Origin: a bacterium | Lineage (GTDB): Bacteria; JAMOTN01 | DNA: 39,514 nucleotides | Direction of reading: 5' to 3' | Assembly: GCA_027062325.1 (NCBI GenBank) | Contig: JAMOTN010000035.1 | Span: forward strand, 1-39,514 | Part shown: positions 28,148 to 37,600 of the stretch, in pieces | Position numbering within the stretch: the stretch's first letter is position 1 | Layout of the letters: each line of letters opens with the position of its first letter | The notes under the pieces: model-generated | Databases searched by the model: none | What the model was told of the DNA's origin: nothing | Seen by the model: only the letters and a program-made list of their open reading frames with translations | Program-made: the position numbers and the translations under genes

Positions 28148-28450
28148 TTAAATTCCTAACTGTTCTTCTAACCACGATTTATATGTACCATGAAAACTGA
28201 CATTTATTGAGATGATAGCAGGTGTGGAATATGGGTGGTTAGCTTTTATGTACTCTATTATCTCCTCCGCCTTGGAGGTGTGTGTTTTTATAATACAGGC
28301 CCATTCTTTATCTTCGTTTATTTCACCCTGCCATTCGTATACGGAGTTTATTGGCCAGTAATTTACACATGCTGCCAGTCGATTTTCTACTAAGTGTTTG
28401 GCGGTTTGTTTTACACTTTCTTCATTGGGGAAGGTTGAGTAGATGAACAT
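28148..28450 (-). CDS. cutA: Divalent cation tolerance protein CutA
   Basis: STFPNEE...LVENRLAACVN...SVYEWQG...IKT...HPYSTPAII. Confidence 0.95.
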   Translation of the reverse strand: MFIYSTFPNEESVKQTAKHLVENRLAACVNYWPINSVYEWQGEINEDKEWACIIKTHTSKAEEIIEYIKANHPYSTPAIISINVSFHGTYKSWLEEQLGI

Positions 28451-28492
28451 TGTGTATCCCCCCTAAATTATTATGTTTGGATCTTTTGTATA

Positions 28493-28501
28493 ATTTTAAC
28501 A
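28493..28501 (-). promoter_or_regulatory. Candidate extended -10 (TGnTAAAAT) for the cutA/radical SAM/BMC-T/PduS operon
   Basis: The minus strand reads TGTTAAAAT about 40 nt upstream of the cutA ATG. The AT-rich context limits specificity. Confidence 0.4.
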
Positions 28502-28551
28502 CTAATATTTTTTTAAAAGTGTTTTAATTGTGAATAGATGGTTAGCTATTG

Positions 28552-28581
28552 TTGACGGTGTTTCTCTTGATCGTTTATGCT
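28552..28581 (+). promoter_or_regulatory. Candidate sigma70 promoter for the giant protein gene
   Basis: TTGACG, an 18-nt spacer, then TATGCT. Confidence 0.45.
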
Positions 28582-28620
28582 ATTTGAAGTGAAAGCCTCT
28601 GTGTAATAAGTGCGGTCTAG

Positions 28621-31600
28621 TTGGGGAGGATGAGGGAGTTAGTGCTGAAAGCAGGCCTGCTTGTGAGAGTTGGGATTTTGTTTTTGCTTATTTTTAGTTT
28701 GGGAGTTTATGGTGCTGTTTCGCCGGATGCTACGTCATTTTGGATAACTGCTCAATCTTTGCCCGGGGGACAAATAAAGATTCAGTGGATGTCTCTTACT
28801 ACGGATAGTGAGCCTTTGGGGTACAGACTTTTTTCAGGAGATGGAACAACTTTTCATCAGATTGCAAATATTACAGATGGCTCCACCGTTTATGTTGATA
28901 CTCCAATAGTTAATAATGATGGAGATGTTGTTTATTACTATATTGTTCCTTACGATGCTGAAAACACTGGTGGATATGCTGAGTATGGTTATCCTTATCA
29001 CTACGCAACGGCAGCTTGTGAACTTCACGGTCCTAGGATTGTTGCGACTGTTGAAATCCCCATGCAAGCTGAGCATTGGAGGCCAATAATTACTACAGTT
29101 GAGATAGAGGTTGTTGACGATTGGAATGATACGAATTATCGATACGATGATTATCCAATTTCACTGGAGTACTCTTTTAATGGAAGTTTTAACACTACTT
29201 TTATGGTTGATACAGGAAATACTGGTAGCGCTGCTGGTGGAAAGATCGTTAGGGCTTACCTTGATATGAGAACACTTGGAAATGGTGATTCTGTGGCTAT
29301 TTGGTTCAACGGTGTTGATTACGTTGGGAATGAGATAGAGAGTCAACTGAATCCACCTCCAACATATCTTGTGGATGACAAATGTTACTTTATCATAGAT
29401 ACCGATTTTGCGGCGATTACTTCCGCTAAGTACTACGATGAAAACAACAATGGAATGGTTGATGCGGGAGATAGAGTTGTAATTTTGATGGATGAAGCAG
29501 TCACTCCTACGATTGCTAATCCGGCACCAGCTGATTGTTTTGAATTACTTCCTTCGGGAACAGCCACTTTTGGAACGGGCGCTTCTATGACTATTACGAC
29601 TGGGGATTCCTCCACTACTTTTGAAATAACTTTGGGAGCGGGAGCTGTTTTGAATGTCTCTGGAGTTTACGTTCCCGGATCAACTAATGGGCCGACGGGA
29701 ATAAATGTAAGGCCAGGAGCACCGCTTCAGGATTCTACAAAACCTGATCCCAATCCAGCTGCTCCTATGGCGACGGCGAAGGATATATCGACGGATGCAG
29801 AAGAGGGACCTTATGTGACCAAAGCTTATTTTGTGGATCTAGATTCGAATGGAGTTGATGCGGGAGATCAACTGTTTGTAGTTTTTAATCAGAACATTCA
29901 GGTGAATGGCTCGCTTGGTCCTACGGCTTTTGACTTACCAGTTTATGGAGATACCTTTCAAATAGACAGCTATTATGTTAATGGGCAAACATTGGAGATA
30001 ACGGTTGCCGAACCTGCGAATTTAAAGGTTGCGGGGACTTACAACATTGGAATGAATATTGAAGGAAGTCCTTCTGGAATAAGGGTTAGTCCATCGATGC
30101 CGGCAGGCTTGATTACCAATCTTTTGGGATATGATGCTCAAGCAAGTAATCCAGTTGATATTGATTCAACAGATAGTGTTGCAGCGTATCCGATATTTGC
30201 AAGATTTTTAGATGCGGCAGGTGATGGGCCTTCTAAAGGAGATACGGTTGAGATAGGTTTTAGTGAGGCTGTCTATCCGCAAGCTGGAGCTAATGTAGGA
30301 GATTTTCTGCTTCAGGGTTATGGAGGATACACTTTTGGAGCAGGAGCTTACGTTACGCAGCATCAAACTCAGACTCTGGAGATAGTTTTGGGAGATGAGC
30401 CGTTTCTCGCTTTTGCAAATTTGAATGTGGAGGATGGTGGAATCAATGCTGTGAATGCTCTTGCTGTGAATTTAACTACTACGGGTGGAGCAAATTATGA
30501 AGATCTTGCTGGAAATCAATCTCAGCCTGCAGCTGCTGATGTAAGTGTGGTTAGTGGAGATACTACGGCTCCTCAACTTATTTCGGCAGTATTCAGAGAT
30601 TTGGATGGGAATGGGCCCGATGCAGGTGATGTGGTAATTCTTACTTTTTCAGAGAGGATTGCCTTGACTACCACTGTTACAGCGCCCACAGCTGCAGATT
30701 TTAATGTAATTAATGGAAATCTTGGAGCAAATCCCACATTTGCACTTGGACAAACTACCATTGAAATAACTTTGGATGCGGGTACTGTAATAAATCTATT
30801 TGGGGCTAATACTACGGAGATTGGCTTGGTAACCCCAAATAGTATAAGAGATACAAGCGGTAATGAGGCTGTGGGTACAGTTTACATCGCAAGCGATGAT
30901 TTTACGGGACCAATTTTGCAAAGCGCAAGGTTTTTCGACAATGTTAATACTCCGGGGGTTGGAGCAGGTGACACAATTGAGCTAGTTTTTGATGAGCCTG
31001 TTACGTTTACAGACGGTATCGATCCTGCAACGGTGTTTTACTTGACGTCGGGATCTTCTTTTGGAACAGGAGCTCAAATGCATGCTTCAACTGCTGTGAA
31101 TGTTGTTGAGATTGTGCTGGGAGATGGTGCCTCCATTCAAGTTATGGGAATTGCAGGAACTGATCCCGGAGCGAGTGGGATAAATGTTTTACCTTCACAA
31201 ACAGCTCTTACTGATGTGGCTGGAAATAGAGCTCAAACTTTGGCAGATTGGATTGATGTAACAGCAGGAAGCCCGCATGGAGCTACTTTGGAGGCTGCCT
31301 ATTTTGAGGATCTAGATGGAAATGGTCCTGACGAGGGAGACAAACTTTACTTTGTGTTCAGTGAGAATGTCGAGGCATACACAGATTTGGCTCAAGTTGA
31401 TTCTGCGGATTTTCTGGTGCATCAGGGAAGTTTGGGAACCTCTCCTCAATTTTCTTTGAATGGAAATACGGTTGAGGTGACATTGGGGGTTGGAGCTTAT
31501 CTTAACAACATATTAGCAGATGGTATGATAAATCCTACTGCAGCTTCTGTTGAGATGGCAAATCCTAATGATATTTACAACTTTTTGGGAGAAATGGCGG

Positions 31601-34600
31601 TAGGTGCAACTGATGTTGTCTCAATTGATGATGAAGGGCCTTACGTGATTAGAGTTATTTACAGAGATACCCATAATCCTCTTGGTTTGAGTGAAAGTGA
31701 CGAGGTTTACATATATTTCAACGAATACGTTACGTATGCGGTTGATACAACTACGGGACGGGCCAATTTAACAGAGGCGGATTTTGTAATAGAACCAACT
31801 GGTGCTCCTTATACGTTTGGAGTGGGGGCACAATTTTGGCCTGAAGGTGATAGCGCTATTAAGGTTGTTTTGGGGGAGAATCCCTCACTTGAAGTTTATG
31901 GAGAATACAATTCAACGTGTACTGCAGCAGGTTGTCCTGCAGGAGTGCGTCTTAACGATGCTGGTTTGAATATTACTGATCTTTCAGGAAATCCCCCCGC
32001 TGCTACGGGTGCGGTTGATGTGACTGTAGAAGATGGAGTGAATCCGAAACTTTTGCACGCAATTTTTTACGATGAGAATGGAAATTACGCTGTTGATTCT
32101 GGGGATAAAATAAAGCTTGTATTTGATGAGGCTGTGAAGATAATAAATGATTCAGTGGTTGATAGTGATTTTGTTATTCCTGTTGCAAATGACACAATAG
32201 GAAGTGGTGCTCAATTTTCTGCTGATGCCTCCTCTGAAGAGGTTGTATGGCTGACATTAGGAGCAGGCTGTAGGTTCAGGATCGATGGAGTTTTTAATCC
32301 TTCCTCTACTGCTGCTGGCTATCCGAGTGGTTTAGATGTGAGTACAGATAAAATAAGAGACTATGCTGGAAATCCTGCTTATGGTGTTGGCGTTGTTGAT
32401 ATTGAACCTTCTGATACAACGTCTCCTGTATTGATTGGATGCCGTTTTATTGATACCGATATGAACGGAGTTGATGAGGGGGATCAGCTGGTTCTGATAT
32501 TTGATGAACCGATAGAGATTTCGGGACTTGTTATCACAGACTTTGAGCTTCCAGTTACTGGAGATAGTTTTGGAGCAGGAGCTACTGCTGTGGCTGGGGC
32601 AACTAGTAGGGAGATATTGATAACGTTGGGAACAGGAGCGCATTTAAATCCGGAAGGTTACTTTGATCCGACCAGGATTTATGAAGGAGCACCTTCTGGA
32701 ATTGGTGTATTGACAACGGACCACATTAAAGATAAGTGGGGAAATTCTGTGGTGTTCAATGGATATGTTGATGTTGATAGTGGGCAGGGACCTATTTTGT
32801 TAACTGCTACCTTTGAAGATAGAGTCAGTGATGGTTGGGTTGGAACTGGAGATGTGATAATTCTTACTTTCAACGAACCTGTTAAAATAAATGGTAATTT
32901 TGACTTTTCAGGGGTCCAATTGCCTGTAAGTGGAGATAGTTTGGGATTAGAGCCAACCATTGAGGTTGGGCCGGAAAGCAACCAGATCACGATAGTTTTA
33001 GGAACGAATCCTGTAGTTACTGTGATGGGAAGTTATGAAAAAGCCTTAACTAATGCGGGATCTCCATCTGGAATAAAAATTTTACCGACTAGTAATGTGT
33101 CGGATATGGTGGATCAGCTCTCTATTGGAAATATAGCAGATATTGCAGGAAATGATGGGACAAGTCCCCAGCTTGTTACTGTGGAAATAGAGGATTTAGA
33201 TGGTAATGGTGTGGATGAAGGAGATAAGCTTTATCTCATGTTCAATGAACCTGTTATACCTACTTTTATTCACTCTAGCTACCTTGTTCTCCCTGTAAGT
33301 GCAGATACTCTTGGAAGTGGTTTTACGTGGATGCAGGATCCCACAAGTTACAGTGTTGTAATAATAAGGCTTGGGAGCTTACCAAGATTAAATCCAGATG
33401 GTGTTTTTGATGCGGCGAATACTACTGCTGGATCTCCTTCAGGACTTGGAGTTGTTCCCAATCTTCCTTTGTTTACCATAAATGACATATATGGAAATCC
33501 CCCAGAAGGTGGAACAGTTATTGATATTGCTTGGTATCCGTCGCCGGAGGCGGAGTTGATTGGGGCAACTTACGAAGATGTAGATGGTAATGGACTTGAT
33601 TCAGGAGATAAGTTAATTTTGACTTTTACTAGGGCTGTTACGGTTGATGTAGCCATACTTCCATCAGATGCTGTGGTTCTGCCGGTTACAGATGATACAC
33701 TTGGAGATGGAGCTGCTTGGGAAAGCTACTTAGGTTATAAGGCAACAGTTGCAATAATTTTAGGGGACAACCCTACTTTAACTGTTATGGGAGAGTTTGA
33801 TCCTGCAGTGGTTACTCCTGGATCTCCTTCTGGAATAGGAATAGCTTTGTCAAATGCATTTACCGCTTACAATGGGGCACATGCAACTTCGCCTGTTTAT
33901 GTGGATGTTACAGCTCCGTTTGAAAAGGGACCTAGGTTGATGCAGGCTCTATATTACGATTTGGATTTGAATGGACCTAGCAATGGTGATTTGTTGGTGT
34001 TGAAGTTTGATCAGGATGTGCAAATACCGGCTTTGCCAGCTGATCCCAATCAGTTGGCTACTTTGCCTGTTGCGATGGATAGCTTTGGAACTGGAGCTTG
34101 GGCTACGTATGGAGTAAATGTTGATACAGGCGAAAGGATTACATCAGAGGTGGCAATAGTTTTGGGAACTGGAGCAAAGCTTAATTTAGAAGGGACTTAT
34201 AATCCTGCTAATGTTACCGATCCTACAGCTCCTTCTGGTGCCAAGGTGGAGACTGTTAATAGTTTGTTGAGAAACTTTTACGGTAAAGGAGTTGAAACTT
34301 CGGAGGTTGATATAGAAGATGGACTACCTACAACTCTTATTAGGGCTCTGTGGGAAGATAGAGGAGACGTTGGAGTTAGCAGCCAGGACAGACTTATTCT
34401 GCGATTTAATAGGCCTGTAAATTTTGTTGGGAATCCGGATTATCCTAGTTTATATTTGACTTACTTGAACTTAAATCCAGGAGCAGGGGCAAGACTAGAG
34501 CCTTACGATCCCGCTAATCCATCGCCTGCTACTCAGTTTGTGTTAGTGTTCGGTGATGGGGCTTCTGCAAATATTCCTCCTATATATCCTTCAGATCCTT

Positions 34601-37600
34601 CGGCGAGTGCAATAGCTTTAAGAGAGGGACAGGTTGGATTTGTGGATGCGGCAAATGGAATCTATGTTGAGACTTACGCTACAGTGGACATTGTTGCTTC
34701 TGATTCGGTGGCTTTAATACTGACGTTTGCAGGATTCGTAGATAGAAATGGTGTTGCAGGAGCTCAAGAAGGAGACCAAGTTATACTGACTTTTAATAAG
34801 GCGGTATATCTGAATGGAGCTGGAATTAATGACTTTGATATTAAGCAGAGTTCTGATAGCTTTGGAGCTGCAACGATTACTGGCGGACCGAATGCAAATC
34901 AGTTGACGATAACATTGGGAGCTGGAGTAAGTATAGAAGTTGGTGTCACAGCTGTTGATGTATCCTCAGATGTTACTACAAATGGTCACATTAAAGATTA
35001 TGCTGGAAATAATGCAGTTCCCTCTGGTTATAAAGTTATAACTGATGCTGTTGGTCCTTACATAGTGAGAGCTATATATAATGATCCAGATGGAAATGGT
35101 GTAGGTGCAGGAGATACTTTAGAGATAGTGTTTTCTGAGGCTATTACAGCGACAGGTTTGAGCTCAAGCGATTTTATACTACCCGTTGCGGGAGATAGTC
35201 TTGGCTCTTCTCCAACTTTTAGTCAACCTGCTCCTGATAGACTTATAATAACTCTTGGTTTGGGAGCACATTTGACTGTTAAAGGGGTTTACTCGAATTT
35301 GAATCTTGGGCGTAGCAATCCGTCAGGTATAAAGTTGAATCCTGCAGGTGTTATAAGAGATGTTGCGGGAAATGCTCCGGTTGCAACAGGTGCAGTTGAC
35401 ATAGAGGGAGCTCCACCTGCGCTGCTTCTTCAATATGTGCATTTTGTTGATAAATTTTCAAACGGTGTTACACCGGGAGATGAGTTGATACTTGGTTTCA
35501 ATAAGCGCGTAATTCTTGACAGGGAGAATGTTTCAATTTCAGACTTTGTTATAGGGGGCGGAAATTTTGGAACTGGAGCAAGGGTTTTGCCGGGAGCAGA
35601 GAGCAATGAGGTAATAATACTGCTTGGGGAAAACGCAACTATTGAGAGCATAGCAGATCCTGCTGGTTCGTGGGTGGGAGTTGCGACTTCAGTTTTGACG
35701 AATTATCATCTTTACGATACAAACGGTAATCCTGCTCAGCCGGCAACTCGCGATATAGAGGTTATTGGAGATGCAGTTTCGCCACAGTTAATTGGGGCAA
35801 CTTATTACGATACCGCTGTTCCTTATGGTAGTGTGAATCAGGGAGATACACTTATCTTAACGTTTTCTGAGCCGGTTGAGATAAGAGCTCCTGTTGATAC
35901 TGCTCAGTTTTTCTTAGCGGTTACTGGAGACAGTCTTGGAGGAACAGGCTTTTCAGTAAGCCATGCGACAAAGGCTAATCAGATAGAGGTGACATTGGGA
36001 AGTGGATGTGCGCTTACTCCGGCTGGGACTTATGATACCACGACTCCTCCGCCGCAGCCTGCGGGGGCTCCATCGGGGATAAATCTTGCGATGCCTCTTA
36101 CATCTATTACAGATTATGCAGGAAACAGTGCTGTGCCCGCTGTCAATCCTGTTGACATTACAATGCTTGATGTTACTCCGCCGCACATTCTCTCAATGCG
36201 TGTTGTAAACTCTGATGGCAAGGAAAATGTTGTGAAGCCCAATGGTGATACTATTTCTTTTACTGTGCAGACAGATGATACCACTTTATCAACAGCAAGT
36301 TTTGTGGCTGACTTTTCACAGATTGGAGGTCCTGCGGCTTCGCATCCGGATACTTGCAATGCGGGAACTGCTACATGGAATAACATAAATACAGGGGCAC
36401 TCACTACAGCTACTGCTCCGATTATTGTTCGAGTAACGGATATGGCAGGGAATACTGCAACTGCTACCTTTACAGTTAATGTTATAAAAGCAGCATATTA
36501 TGTTAAGGGAGAAATTACCCCATCTTATGTGCCGCGCAACAGGAATGTTACGGTGGAGCTGAAATTGCGCCCACGCTTTGTTGATGAGAGTTATGGTATA
36601 GATTTGGTAAATGTACAACTGCCAAATGGTTATTCATGTTCTGATGTTACAAAGATAAGGGTTACAACTTATCAAGGAGAATGGACTGTCAAGACTTCAA
36701 TGCCTCTTGATTCAAATCAATATGAGGTGTTGATAAATACAGCAGGTAACATGATACAGTTTGTATTCTCTCAAGCTTTGAAGTGGCAGAATACTGATCA
36801 GTACACTATAAATTTTGAGATGCCGGTTCATACTAAGTATAATCCTGATATGCCTGATGGAACGCCTGTTGTTGTTAGTGTTGACAATACCGCTTTGAAT
36901 TCGGCTCTAAATGTAGAAGAAGAGTTCCCGGGTTCTCTTATATTACACACCGAGGGATTGGAGGTTAAGAAAGTATTGGCAAATAGTGTTATAGAGAGTA
37001 CGGGGTGGCGAATTTACTTTACTATTTTATTCAATATGATTCCTAACTTATCAAATTTACCAACTGTTCGAGTAAAATTGCAGAATGGAGTTGAGTTTAA
37101 ATTAAGAACTATTCAGTTTGCTGAGAAAACTTACAGTGGAAGTGTCTTTATTCCATTCTCTTATGCAGAAGGAGCTTCAACTTTTGAGTTGTGGATTGAG
37201 GGAGCGACTGAGCCTGATGGTTATCCAATGGCAAATTATGGGAGGGAGTTTAAACTTCCAGCAAGAGTTGTATCCATTATAGTTCCAGTTTATTCAGCAC
37301 CAAAGGAGTATTACCTGTATCTAAAATCTCCAGATGGAGTGCCTCAAGTTACGATGAGAACGCCTGCTTCTACATCTGTAGAACTCAATGTAAAAAATGT
37401 TGTATCTGATGTTTACCGAGCTTTGTTTGAAGTGGCAGAGACAGGACTTTACAGATTCAAAATCGTTGTTGGTACTCAAGAAATTTACGCTAACAACTAT
37501 CTTGTGTGCACAGGTGCAATAAGGGGTGGAAGCTCTAAATATGTGCCGGTGAGTGGCTTGGAATTGAATTTTAATGGAGTGTCATATCCTATTACAAATT

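Noticed and set aside
29404-36170. CRISPR array, DNA tandem repeat or DGR-type repeat pair; horizontal origin from the apparently higher GC
   Set aside because: The repeats are protein-level and diverged, with no identical DNA repeats, cas genes or reverse transcriptase. The composition is explained by Gly/Ala/Pro-rich coding.
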